Positions 11,508 through 21,170 of a stretch of DNA of 32,000 bases are shown here, piece after piece. Source of the DNA: Sinorhizobium meliloti (GTDB lineage: Bacteria > Pseudomonadota > Alphaproteobacteria > Rhizobiales > Rhizobiaceae); contig NZ_JAGIOS010000001.1 in NCBI RefSeq assembly GCF_017876815.1, positions 1,980,001 through 2,012,000 of the forward strand, given 5' to 3'. Under the pieces are notes generated by a model. The model did no database searches, was not told the DNA's origin, and was given only the letters and a program-made list of their open reading frames with translations. Position 1 is the stretch's first letter. Every line of letters begins with the position of its first letter. Both the position numbers and the translations under genes were made by a program.

Positions 11508-11711
11508 GATGATACGGTCCGTGCGGGATGGAGGAGGATTGCCGGAATGGCACGAGAGTTCGAGATATAGGCGTTAAATCCGCGGTTTGTCATTCAAAAA
11601 GGACTGACCACCGCTCATAACGGGGTCGCTTTCCGAAAGACAACACAGTATAGATGCGCGGGTTTGAGAACAGCGCACCGTCCGCATGCGCGCGTGAACA
11701 GGAAGAGAATT

Positions 11712-13010
11712 ATGACGAATGTCGTGGTGGTCGGATCCCAGTGGGGCGACGAAGGCAAAGGCAAGATCGTGGATTGGCTCTCGGAGCGCGCCGACATCGT
11801 GGTGCGCTTCCAGGGCGGCCACAATGCCGGCCACACGCTGGTGATCGACGGCGTCAGCTACAAGCTGTCGCTGCTGCCTTCGGGTGTCGTCCGTCCCGGC
11901 AAGCTCGCCGTCATCGGCAATGGCGTGGTGATCGACCCCCATGCATTGCTCGCCGAGATCGACAAGCTTGCGGCCCAGGGCGTCAAGGTCACGCCCGAGA
12001 ACCTGCGCATCGCCGACAATGCCACGCTCATTCTCTCGCTCCACCGCGAGCTCGACGGCATACGCGAGGATGCGGCTTCCAACAGCGGCACGAAGATCGG
12101 CACGACCCGCCGCGGCATCGGTCCGGCCTACGAGGACAAGGTCGGCCGCCGCGCGATCCGCGTCATGGATCTCGCCGATCTCGACACCCTTCCGGCCAAG
12201 GTCGATCGACTGCTGACGCATCACAACGCGTTGCGCCGCGGCCTCGGTGAGGCGGAAATCAGCCATCAGGCGATCATGGACGAGCTGTCGTCGGTTGCCG
12301 AGCGCGTGCTGCCGTTCATGGACACGATCTGGCTGCTCCTGGACCGGGAGCGCCGCAAGGGCGCACGGATCCTTTTCGAAGGCGCGCAGGGCACGCTGCT
12401 GGATATCGATCACGGCACCTATCCCTTCGTGACCTCGTCGAACACGGTCGCCGGTCAGGCCGCCGCCGGCTCGGGCATGGGCCCCGGTTCGCTCGGCTAT
12501 ATCCTCGGCATCACCAAGGCCTATACGACGCGCGTCGGCGAGGGGCCGTTCCCGACCGAACTCGACGATGAAATCGGCCGCTTCCTTGGAGAGCGCGGCC
12601 ATGAATTCGGGACGGTGACGGGTCGTAAGCGCCGCTGCGGCTGGTTCGATGCTGCGCTGGTGCGCCAGTCGGTCGCCGCCAACGGCATCACGGGCATAGC
12701 GCTCACCAAGCTCGACGTGCTCGACGGGCTGGATGAGTTGAAGATTTGCGTCGGCTATACTCTGGATGGACAGCAGATCGATCATCTTCCCGCAAGTCAG
12801 GCACAGCAAGCTTCGGCAAAGCCGGTCTATATCACGCTCGAGGGATGGAAAGAATCGACGGTGGGTGCCCGCAGTTGGGCCGATCTTCCGGCGCAGGCGA
12901 TCAAGTATGTTCGCCAGGTCGAGGAACTGATCGGCGCGCCGGTCGCGCTACTTTCGACCAGCCCGGAACGGGACGACACGATACTTGTGACGGACCCTTT
13001 TGAGGACTAG
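11712..13010 (+). CDS. purA: Adenylosuccinate synthetase
   Basis: [19 protein letters not shown]-loop signature, 432 aa. Start at ATG 11712 (AGGAAGAG upstream) rather than 11664. Confidence 0.97.
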
Positions 13011-13073
13011 TGTCGGCGCAGGGAAAGCGGCGACGCGGCAATTGCCGCGGGTCTCGAAATTGAGAAAGTACTG

Positions 13074-15335
13074 ATGGCGGATTTTGTTGCAGTTATTCGC
13101 AGGACGGTCGACGGCCTGTCGGAAAACACACTGGAAATGCGAGGCAGGGTCTACGAGAAGGCGCGCGGTGCCGTACGCCGTCAGCTCGAGAGCATGAATC
13201 CAAGGCCCTCGGACGACATGATCAACCGCCAGCTCAACAAGCTGGAACAGGCAATCTCCGAGGTTGAAAGCGAACACGCCGAAGCCCTGCCGCCGGTCGA
13301 GGAGACCGAAGCTATCGAGCCGGATACGCTCGAAGCACCGCCGAGCGACGAGGCCGCCACACCGGTAACACAGGAGGCGGAGCCCGAGGCACTGCCGGCC
13401 GCATCCGTCGAAGCGGAACAGACCGCTCCAACTCCGGTCGAAGAGCCTGCTTCGGACGCCGCCCCCGAAGAACCTGAAGATCTGGTGCAAGCGGCCCCCT
13501 ATGAGGAGCCGCCTGCACCGGTTGCCGAGGCGCCCACGGTCGACACGCGCGAAGGGGCACCGCTTCACGATGAGGAGCCGGTAGACGCTGCCCCCGCCGT
13601 TCCGCAACGGGATGAGCCGGCCGAGGAACAGCAGCCGGTTGCCGAGGCCGATGCGCAGCAGGAACATCCGGCCGAAGACGTGACGGCCGCCGGGCCCGAT
13701 TCGCAGGATGTCAGCCGCGATGAGGCAGAGATCGAAACGCATCCGGCCGAGCCGGCGCCGATGGAGGTCCAGGCCGAGGATGTGCCGGACAGGCCGGGAC
13801 CATCCGAGTGGGCCTTGCCCGAATGGGAGGATACCACCCCCGCACGGCCGAGCGAGACCCCGGCCGAGCCGGAAGACCATAGGCAGGACGAGACATCGCC
13901 GGCCGAGCCTGAACGGCTTGGCATACATCCGGTCGAGCCGGAAAAGGCGGAAACGCAGCAGCAGGGCGGCGAGGCCGACGCAGCGCGCTCCTGGTCATTC
14001 GACGACAGCGACCCCTTTGCCCAAGGAACCGAAGGCAAGAAGGACCGGCCGGCCGACGAGCCGGAAATTTCCGAATGGTCGTGGCCCGTCGAGAAGGCTC
14101 CGGCGGCCGCGAACCAGGAAGAGCGTGCCGGCACGGCCTGGGACCATGTCGATGATCTGCTCGGTTTTGACGACGACGGGCGAACGGCGAATGGTCCGAC
14201 GAGCAACAAGGACAAAGACAGCAGCCTTGCCGCGCCGCCGGCGGTCCCTGCTCGCCCCACTTCCTATCGCACCACGCCCAAGCCCAGCCGGTTCAGCATC
14301 AAGCGCCTGTCGATCGGCGCGGCGGTCGTGCTTCTCCTCGGCGCCGGCGGCTACGCCTACTGGCAGAACAGAGAGGCGGGCAATGCCTGGCTCACGGGCA
14401 TGGTCGCGAAGCTCATGCCGGGTGATCCCGCCGAGGCACCGGCACCGGCGACGCCCGGTAGCGAGGCCGAGCCGGCGAACCGACCGGCCGAACAGTCCGG
14501 CATCGAGGAAAATGCAGCGCTTTCGGATGCTGCATCCACCAAGTTCACTCAGCGGCTGCTTGCCGATGGAACGGAAATGGACGAGGGACCTGCCGTCGCG
14601 AACGAGACGGCAGCTTCTCAGGAAGGCAAATCCGTCGCCGCACGGACGCATGCGGTAGAGCCGCCGAACGCCAATGCCGGCGTGCAGCAGGCGGCAGCGG
14701 ATCAGACAGCCTCGCCGGGGCCCGGCCAGGCCGCCAGCGAGGCAGCGCAGCCCGAGGTTTCCGTCGCCGATGGCGAGAAGATGTTCCTCTATGAAGAGAG
14801 GCTCGGCCAGTCCTCACCGACCGCGATCCCCGGCACCGTTGCCTGGTCGATCAAGGAGGAATCGCCCGGCGGCGATGCCAAGCCCGAGCCCGCGATCCAG
14901 GCGCAGATCACGGTTCCCGATCGTGGCCTCACGGCACTGATGACCATCAAGCGAAATGCCGATCCGTCCTTGCCCGCAAGTCACGTGATCGAGTTCGTGT
15001 TTTCGCTGCCCGAGAGCTTCGAGGGCGGCGCCATCGACGGCGTCCAGCGCGTTTCGATGAAGCGAACCGAGCAGGACCGCGGCGATCCGCTGATCGCAGT
15101 CCCGGCGAAGATCACCGACGATTTCCACATGATCGCGCTCAACGATTTTGCCGAAGCGGTCAGCAACAACACCGAGCTTCTGCGCAGCCGCAGCTGGATC
15201 GATATCCCCATCACCTATCGCAACGGCCGCCGCGCGCTCCTCACCTTGGAGAAGGGGCAGGGCGGAGCGGACGCCTTCAACAAGGCCTTGCAGGCATGGG
15301 GCAGTCCCGGCAGCACAGCTTCCAGCGGGCAGTAG
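13074..15335 (+). CDS. Hypothetical acidic Pro/Glu/Ala-rich membrane protein (753 aa)
   Basis: Structured N-terminus (~70 aa), ~330 aa of low-complexity P/E/A-rich sequence, one TM segment (LSIGAAVVLLLGAGGYAYW) and a ~200-aa non-repetitive C-terminal domain. All opposite-strand ORFs look like shadows. Confidence 0.75.
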   Translation: MADFVAVIRRTVDGLSENTLEMRGRVYEKARGAVRRQLESMNPRPSDDMINRQLNKLEQAISEVESEHAEALPPVEETEAIEPDTLEAPPSDEAATPVTQEAEPEALPAASVEAEQTAPTPVEEPASDAAPEEPEDLVQAAPYEEPPAPVAEAPTVDTREGAPLHDEEPVDAAPAVPQRDEPAEEQQPVAEADAQQEHPAEDVTAAGPDSQDVSRDEAEIETHPAEPAPMEVQAEDVPDRPGPSEWALPEWEDTTPARPSETPAEPEDHRQDETSPAEPERLGIHPVEPEKAETQQQGGEADAARSWSFDDSDPFAQGTEGKKDRPADEPEISEWSWPVEKAPAAANQEERAGTAWDHVDDLLGFDDDGRTANGPTSNKDKDSSLAAPPAVPARPTSYRTTPKPSRFSIKRLSIGAAVVLLLGAGGYAYWQNREAGNAWLTGMVAKLMPGDPAEAPAPATPGSEAEPANRPAEQSGIEENAALSDAASTKFTQRLLADGTEMDEGPAVANETAASQEGKSVAARTHAVEPPNANAGVQQAAADQTASPGPGQAASEAAQPEVSVADGEKMFLYEERLGQSSPTAIPGTVAWSIKEESPGGDAKPEPAIQAQITVPDRGLTALMTIKRNADPSLPASHVIEFVFSLPESFEGGAIDGVQRVSMKRTEQDRGDPLIAVPAKITDDFHMIALNDFAEAVSNNTELLRSRSWIDIPITYRNGRRALLTLEKGQGGADAFNKALQAWGSPGSTASSGQ

Positions 15336-15404
15336 AGCACTTCCCGGAAAAGTGGGTAACGGTTTTCCGTCCGGTAGTGCGTGGTTTCAGAGCACATGAA
15401 GACA

Positions 15405-15441
15405 TGAAAAAATCCCGGCTGGGTGTCCAGCCGGGATTTTC
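15405..15441. terminator. Bidirectional rho-independent terminator between convergent genes
   Basis: Perfect 10-bp stem TCCCGGCTGG (15413-15422) / CCAGCCGGGA (15427-15436), flanked by an A-run upstream and a T-run downstream. Confidence 0.78.
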
Positions 15442-15465
15442 GTTTGTCGAGAAATGAGTGGTCCT

Positions 15466-16371
15466 TTAAGCGCCTTCAACCACGCGCAGCGCACTGGCTC
15501 GTTCCAGCGCAGCCTTGCGCACGGCCTCCTGCACCTTTTCGAAGGCACGAACCTCGATCTGCCGCACGCGCTCGCGGCTGATGTCGAACTCGGTCGAAAG
15601 ATCCTCCAGAGTTATCGGTTCCTCGGTGAGGCGGCGGGCCTCGAAGATCCGGCGCTCACGATCGTTCAGAACCTTCATGGCATTGGCCAGCAGTGCGCGG
15701 CGGCTCTCGAGCTCGTCCTGTTCGATCAGGATTTGTTCCTGATTGTCGTGATCGTCCACCAGCCAATCCTGCCACTGGCCGGAATCGCCTTCGCTCGCCT
15801 TGATCGGCGCGTTGAGCGAAGCGTCGCCCGAAAGGCGACGGTTCATCGAGACGACCTCTTCCTCACTGACCTTCAGGGTCGTGGCGATCTCCTTCACCTG
15901 TTCCGGCTTGAGATCGCCTTCATCGAGCGCCTGGATGCGGCCTTTCAGCCGTCTCAGGTTGAAGAACAGGCGTTTCTGGTTGGCCGTCGTGCCCATTTTG
16001 ACCAGAGACCACGAACGCAGGATATATTCCTGGATGGCAGCCTTGATCCACCACATGGCGTAGGTCGCGAGGCGGAAGCCGCGATCGGGCTCGAACTTCT
16101 TGACCGCCTGCATCAGGCCGACATTGCCTTCGGAAATGACTTCGCCGATCGGCAGACCGTAGCCGCGATAACCCATCGCGATCTTGGCGACGAGGCGAAG
16201 ATGGCTCGTTACGAGCTTGTGCGCGGCCTTGCGGTCGTCATGCTCCTGATACCGCTTGGCGAGCATGTACTCTTCCTGCGGCTCGAGCATGGGAAATTTG
16301 CGAATCTCGTCGAGATAGCGGTTGAGACCGCCCTCTCCAGCAGCAATGGTCGGCAAGGTATTGCGGGCCAT
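15466..16371 (-). CDS. rpoH: RNA polymerase sigma-32 (heat-shock sigma factor)
   Basis: RpoH-box-like NQKRLFFNLRRLK plus regions 2 and 4 of the sigma-70 family. Start at ATG 16371 (MARNTLP..., AAGGGGGTG upstream) rather than the longest-ORF start 16437. Confidence 0.94.
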   Translation of the reverse strand: MARNTLPTIAAGEGGLNRYLDEIRKFPMLEPQEEYMLAKRYQEHDDRKAAHKLVTSHLRLVAKIAMGYRGYGLPIGEVISEGNVGLMQAVKKFEPDRGFRLATYAMWWIKAAIQEYILRSWSLVKMGTTANQKRLFFNLRRLKGRIQALDEGDLKPEQVKEIATTLKVSEEEVVSMNRRLSGDASLNAPIKASEGDSGQWQDWLVDDHDNQEQILIEQDELESRRALLANAMKVLNDRERRIFEARRLTEEPITLEDLSTEFDISRERVRQIEVRAFEKVQEAVRKAALERASALRVVEGA

Positions 16372-16490
16372 GAAGCACCCCCTTTGTGCGTCGCCGGCCT
16401 CCGGGACGGCAGGCCGGGCCTGTGGGTCTTCATCCAAGACCCCACGAGGCTAATAGATAAGTGCGGCGAAAGCATGATTCAAGGAATCCA

Positions 16491-16510
16491 GTTTCACGCT
16501 GTCGTGAAAC
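16491..16510. repeat. Perfect inverted repeat GTTTCACG-N4-CGTGAAAC between rluD-like stop and rpoH start
   Basis: Read directly from the sequence. No adjacent T-run. Function unknown (operator or weak terminator). Confidence 0.6.
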
Positions 16511-16568
16511 TGGAGAAAGAAATCGGCGAATTGAAACGCCTATAAGATCGGAATCTTCACACGCAAAT

Positions 16569-17600
16569 TCAAGGGGCTCCGGCCCGCAGCGCCGCGATCA
16601 ATTCCTGCATATCCGCCGGCACGGGCGTTTCGAAATGCATGGTCTCGCCGGTTGCGGGGTGTTCGAATTGCAGCATGAAGGCGTGCAGGGCCTGTCGCGG
16701 AAAGCGATTGACGGCGGCCCTCGCCGGTTCCGGCAGCAGATTGGCCTTGGTGCGGAAGGCCGCGCCGTAATCCGGATCGCCGATGAGCGGATGACCGATA
16801 TGGGCCATGTGCACGCGGATCTGGTGCGTACGCCCGGTCTCCAGATGGCACTCGACGGTGGAGGCGAGAGAGGTGCCGTCCGGTTTCTCGTGATAGCGCT
16901 CGACCACCTCGTAATGCGTGATCGCCTCGCGTGCATCGTCGCTGTCTTCGCGTTTGACGGCCCGTTTCGTCCGGTCGCCCGCCCGCCCCAGCGGTGCGTC
17001 GATCTTGCCCTTCAATTGGCGCGGCCGGCCCCAGACTACGGCGCGATAGGCGCGCTCGAGCGGCCCGTTGCGGCCATGGTCGGCGAACTGATCCGAAAGG
17101 TGGCGGTGTGCGGCATCGTTCTTCGCGACCACCATGACGCCGCTCGTGTCCTTGTCGAGGCGATGCACGATACCGGGGCGCTTGACGCCGCCGATGCCGG
17201 AAAGGCTGTCGCCGCAATGGTGGATGAGCGCGTTGACGAGGGTTCCCGTCCAATTGCCGGCGCCCGGATGCACGACCAGACCGGCCGGCTTGACCAGTAC
17301 GATCAGGTCGGCATCCTCGTAAAGCACGTCGAGCGGGATCGCCTCACCCTTGGGTTCGGGATCCTCCGGCTCGGGCAGTGCAATCCGGAAGGAGTCGCCG
17401 GGATGAACCTTTCGCTTCGGTTCGGTGACGGTCGCGCCGTTGATCGAGACGGCTCCTTGCTCGATCAGGCTCTTGATGCGATTGCGCGAAAACTCGCCCG
17501 CAAGCGCTTCCGTCAGGAAGGCGTCGAGGCGCCCGGCCGCGTCATCGCCTGCCGTCAGGACTTTCCTATTGCCGGGCGCTTGTTTAAAGGGATCGTTCAT
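16569..17600 (-). CDS. rluD: RluA/RluD-family 23S rRNA pseudouridine synthase with N-terminal S4 domain
   Basis: Catalytic motif HRLDKDTSG and S4-like RLDAFLTEAL...SRNRIKSLIEQGAVSING. Start at ATG 17600 (MNDPFKQ...); the longest ORF starts at a TTG at 17639. Confidence 0.88.
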   Translation of the reverse strand: MNDPFKQAPGNRKVLTAGDDAAGRLDAFLTEALAGEFSRNRIKSLIEQGAVSINGATVTEPKRKVHPGDSFRIALPEPEDPEPKGEAIPLDVLYEDADLIVLVKPAGLVVHPGAGNWTGTLVNALIHHCGDSLSGIGGVKRPGIVHRLDKDTSGVMVVAKNDAAHRHLSDQFADHGRNGPLERAYRAVVWGRPRQLKGKIDAPLGRAGDRTKRAVKREDSDDAREAITHYEVVERYHEKPDGTSLASTVECHLETGRTHQIRVHMAHIGHPLIGDPDYGAAFRTKANLLPEPARAAVNRFPRQALHAFMLQFEHPATGETMHFETPVPADMQELIAALRAGAP

Positions 17601-17629
17601 TCCGTTCCAATTCCGATAGAAAGCCGACC

Positions 17630-18013
17630 ATGACCGCAATCGAGCCTGAAGAACAGGAAGACAAGCCGCTTGACCCCGCGATGGAGAACGTCCGTCGCAA
17701 GATGGTGCGCCTGCAACTCGTCTCGGCCGGCGTGATGCTGGTGATGCTTATGGCCGTCCTCGGGGCGATTGTCTACAAGCTGACCCGCACGGACGGAAGC
17801 GCCGAGGCGGCGCAGCCGGCCCTGAGCGTGCCCGGCGATGCGCCGGTAAGTGCCATTGCGGCGCTGCCGGCCGGCTTCTCGGTGAGCAATGTGGCGCTTT
17901 CCGGCTCGCAGCTCGTCTTCTACGGCAGTTTGCCCGGTGCGGAGCCGCGTGCGATCGTTTTCGACATCAAGGCTGGCCGCATCGTCGCCGACGTCACGGT
18001 CAGGACCAACTGA
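17630..18013 (+). CDS. Hypothetical single-pass membrane protein (127 aa)
   Basis: ATG 17630, one TM (LVSAGVMLVMLMAVLGAIVY). The stop lies 4 nt before the downstream methyltransferase start, suggesting co-transcription. Confidence 0.55.
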   Translation: MTAIEPEEQEDKPLDPAMENVRRKMVRLQLVSAGVMLVMLMAVLGAIVYKLTRTDGSAEAAQPALSVPGDAPVSAIAALPAGFSVSNVALSGSQLVFYGSLPGAEPRAIVFDIKAGRIVADVTVRTN

Positions 18014-18017
18014 CGAC

Positions 18018-18845
18018 ATGACTGAGCCTCTCCTTCGCATCGACGACCCGGCGGACCCGCGCATAGCCGGGTTCCTGTCGATCAAGGAGCGCGATCTGAC
18101 GGGACGGCAGGGCCGCTTCATCGCCGAGGGGACCGTGGTGCTCAGGATGCTTGCGGCTGCGCATCGCGAAGGGCGCGGCATCGCAGCCGAGGCGATCCTG
18201 CTCCTCGAGAGCCGGGTCGCCGGCGTCGCGGAGCTGCTCGCGCAGTTTCCGCCGGACGTTCCGGTCTATGTGGCCGCCAGCCGCGTCTTCGACGCGATCG
18301 CCGGGTTCAACATGCATCGCGGCGTGCTGGCGCTCGGCCGGCGCGATGCCGCGCCGGGCCGCGATGCGCTGATTGCAGGCTTACCGCAGTCGAGCCTCGT
18401 GCTCGCCGCCTGCGGCATATCGAACCACGACAATATGGGATCGCTCTTTCGCAACGCTGCGGCCTTCGGGGTCGATGCGGTGCTGATGGACTCGACGAGC
18501 TGCGATCCGATGTACCGCAAGGCAATCCGCGTATCCGTGGGGTCGGTGCTGACGCTGCCCTTCGCGCGCGAGGGTACGGCGGCGGAGCTGATCGAACGTC
18601 TTCAGACGGCAGGTTTCGTCGTCTGGGGTTTGTCCCCGCGCGGCACCGCCGACATCAACGCAATCCCGCCGGCGCCGCGCACCGCATTGCTTGTCGGCAC
18701 CGAAGGCGAGGGACTGCCCGAAACGATCCTTTCGCAAATCCGCACGGCCCGCATCCGGCAGCGGCCCGGCCTGGACAGCCTCAACGTGGCGATGGCGGCG
18801 GGCATAGCGCTGCATCAGGTTGCAAGCATCAACGGCAGGATTTGA
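18018..18845 (+). CDS. SpoU/TrmH-family RNA 2'-O-methyltransferase
   Basis: C-terminal SPOUT motifs LLVGTEGEGLPETIL and LDSLNVAMAAGIALH. Start at ATG 18018 (MTEPLLRIDD...). Confidence 0.85.
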   Translation: MTEPLLRIDDPADPRIAGFLSIKERDLTGRQGRFIAEGTVVLRMLAAAHREGRGIAAEAILLLESRVAGVAELLAQFPPDVPVYVAASRVFDAIAGFNMHRGVLALGRRDAAPGRDALIAGLPQSSLVLAACGISNHDNMGSLFRNAAAFGVDAVLMDSTSCDPMYRKAIRVSVGSVLTLPFAREGTAAELIERLQTAGFVVWGLSPRGTADINAIPPAPRTALLVGTEGEGLPETILSQIRTARIRQRPGLDSLNVAMAAGIALHQVASINGRI

Positions 18846-18885
18846 GCGCAACGGCGAGCGTTTAGGCAAGATGGGTGCGGATGCT

Positions 18886-19048
18886 GCCCCTCATCCCGCT
18901 GCCGCGACCTTCTCCCCGCCATGCGGGGAGAAGGGGCCAGCCGCAGGCTTGAAAGCTGATCTCCAGGGAGGACAATCCAGGCGAGACATCGCCGCTTGTG
19001 CCTTCGCCCCGCTTGCGGGGAGGAGGTGCCGGCAGGCGGATGAGGGGC
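18886..19048. repeat. Composite RIME/REP-like palindromic element between convergent genes
   Basis: Terminal repeats GCCCCTCATCCCGCTGCCG / CGGCAGGCGGATGAGGGGC. Inner hairpins CCTTCTCCCCGCcatGCGGGGAGAAGG and CCTTCGCCCCGCttGCGGGGAGGAGG. Confidence 0.8.
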
Positions 19049-19075
19049 ATGCCGCCTTCGCCAGGCGCCCTGATC

Positions 19076-20158
19076 TCATTCGGGCTCCAGCATCTCCTTC
19101 ACCCGCCGCGCCAGGCTCCTTCGGCCTGCCTGCCCTTCGGCATCCTCGCCGGCAAGAAGGCCGTGGATGGGCGAGGTGTCGCCCTCGCGCGTCGCCGTCA
19201 GGGTGACCATGCCAGCCGCGATCTCGGCCATCTCCTCGCGGAGCGCCTCGTCGTGAGCAGCCGATTTGGAGCCGACAAGGCGTTCGGAGAGCGCTGTCGC
19301 CCGGTTTCTGAGATCGTCGGAAAGCGCGGTCGTGTCGAGGCCTTCCGTCGCGGCGTCGTGCCCGTCCGCATGCTTCGAACGCTTCGCACCGCGCGTTTTG
19401 ACCTGCGACCTCAAATGGGCGATCTCTGCCGCGCGCTGTTCGAGGGCACTTTCGCGGTCGGCATTGGCCGCCGTTTCGCGGGCGAGCCGGTTTTCGAGTT
19501 GATGCATGCGTGCCTCGTCTCCGGTGAGGCGCAGCTCCATTTCCCCGGCGCGGGCGGTTTCTGCCTTCAGGTTGGCGCGCAAAGTCTCGCGCTCGTCATG
19601 CATCGCTCTCATCCGGCTCTTCAAGTGCTCGATTTCGGTGTCGCGCGCCGCAAGGTCTATCTTGAGGCCGTCGAGGTCCGCGCTCTGCTTGTCGATCCGG
19701 CTCTGCAGCGAGCGCACGGTCTCGGAATTCGCACCGTTCTCTCGTGCCGAGCTCTTGGCAGCCGCCTCCATGCTTTCCAGGCGTTGCTCCAGTTGACGGA
19801 TGGCAGAGCGCATGGTGGCCGCCTCGACGTTCATATCCGCCAGCTGCGCCTGAAGTTCGGTGTTTTCGCTCACCAGATGGCGCGTGTCCCTCAGGGTTCT
19901 TTCATGCTGAACCATCAGCGCGACAGCCTTGTCGCGCTCGCGGCGCAGCGCCTGAAGCGTCTTGGCGTTTTCGACGGCATAAGTCGCGCGCGCCGCATCC
20001 CTTTGCGCGCGCACTTCCTGCGGGCTCAGAGGCATCGTTGCCTTCAGCCTGTCCTCCGCAAAGCGCACGATGCGCCTTTGGATGGCGGGTGCGACGAGAA
20101 GGCCGATGACGACCGCCGTCAGGAAGCCCAGGGCAAAGAGGAGCGCATATTCAATCAC
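19076..20158 (-). CDS. Membrane-anchored coiled-coil protein (360 aa), function unknown
   Basis: N-terminal TM (IEYALLFALGFLTAVVIGLLVAPAI) followed by ~250 aa of heptad-like, R/E/A/L-rich sequence. GTG start at 20158 without a clear SD. Confidence 0.7.
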   Translation of the reverse strand: MIEYALLFALGFLTAVVIGLLVAPAIQRRIVRFAEDRLKATMPLSPQEVRAQRDAARATYAVENAKTLQALRRERDKAVALMVQHERTLRDTRHLVSENTELQAQLADMNVEAATMRSAIRQLEQRLESMEAAAKSSARENGANSETVRSLQSRIDKQSADLDGLKIDLAARDTEIEHLKSRMRAMHDERETLRANLKAETARAGEMELRLTGDEARMHQLENRLARETAANADRESALEQRAAEIAHLRSQVKTRGAKRSKHADGHDAATEGLDTTALSDDLRNRATALSERLVGSKSAAHDEALREEMAEIAAGMVTLTATREGDTSPIHGLLAGEDAEGQAGRRSLARRVKEMLEPE

Positions 20159-20306
20159 GTGCGGGCCGTTTCAGTGTGGACCGGGTCTGCAGCAGGCAGT
20201 CATTCGCGTTCATGCAGTAAGCATGATGCAGGAAATGCTGCAACAATTACCGCAAGCTTGCACGTCTTTTCGAAGGGCAGTTCATCGGCGCCGTGCCGCG
20301 GGCGCC

Positions 20307-20909
20307 TCAGAAGGGGTTCCAGGTCGGCTGCTGCGTCAGCTTGAGATAGCCGACATTGATACCGAGCCTCGCGCCGATGCCGGTGCGGATCGGCACCACC
20401 ACGACATGTTCGTCCGTCAGCACCGTCATGCCGACGCCGGCGACCACGTAAGCCGAACCGGAGACGCCGCCGAAGCGCTTGTAAAGAGCCGGGACGCTCG
20501 GCAGATTGTAGACGAGCATCATGGCGCGGCTGCCCTGGCCGCCCCAGTCGAGCCCGAGTGACGGGCCCTGCCAGAAGACGCTGTGCTGCCCCACATTCTT
20601 GGTATGGAGCTCGCCCTCGCCATAGGTGACGCCGGCGATGAAGGCACCGGATCCTTCCTGGCCGAGGATATAGCCGTTCGGCAGGCCGTAGCGCTCGAAG
20701 GCGCGCTCGACGACCTTGGCAAGGCCCCCGGACGTTTCGCCGAAGAAACCATGACCGGCGTCGACGATCTCCTGCATCGTGTACTGGCTTGAGTTTTGCG
20801 ATTGCGCCTGTGCGCCAGAGGTGCCGGCGATCAGGGTGCCGGCCACCAGGGCCATCATGGTCACAATAGCGCGGACAGCCATCAGGGTGGTCTTCATCAT
20901 CGGCTGCAT
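20307..20909 (-). CDS. DUF1134-family periplasmic protein (EipA-like)
   Basis: 200 aa with signal peptide MQPMMKTTLMAVRAIVTMMALVAGTLIAGTSGAQA. GGAGGA lies 4 nt upstream of ATG 20909. The Gly-rich body resembles the DUF1134 family. The longest-ORF extension to 21158 was rejected. Confidence 0.8.
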   Translation of the reverse strand: MQPMMKTTLMAVRAIVTMMALVAGTLIAGTSGAQAQSQNSSQYTMQEIVDAGHGFFGETSGGLAKVVERAFERYGLPNGYILGQEGSGAFIAGVTYGEGELHTKNVGQHSVFWQGPSLGLDWGGQGSRAMMLVYNLPSVPALYKRFGGVSGSAYVVAGVGMTVLTDEHVVVVPIRTGIGARLGINVGYLKLTQQPTWNPF

Positions 20910-21151
20910 CGTTTCCTCCGTCGGGGCGCGAAAGCGGCTCGCGCGCCGGCCGTCATGACCGGCTCTTCCATCGGCTGCGCCGTCGGTGCCGGCACGGGCC
21001 ATTTTCACAAGCATGCGCGCGGGACGCACTAGCATTTGGAACGAGTGCACCTTATCGGCTTCCAGGAACCCACCTGAAATCGGGGTGCTCCGACAATTTG
21101 AACGGATCATCTTAACAATCGGTTTACCAAATGTTTTTCGAAGTCGTTTAG

Positions 21152-21166
21152 TTAACAAAGGGTTAA
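21152..21166 (-). promoter_or_regulatory. Candidate CtrA box upstream of the DUF1134 gene
   Basis: On the gene strand it reads TTAAccctttgTTAAc. It lies ~243 nt upstream of ATG 20909 and 5 bp from the first prophage-edge repeat. Confidence 0.45.
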
Positions 21167-21170
21167 GGGC

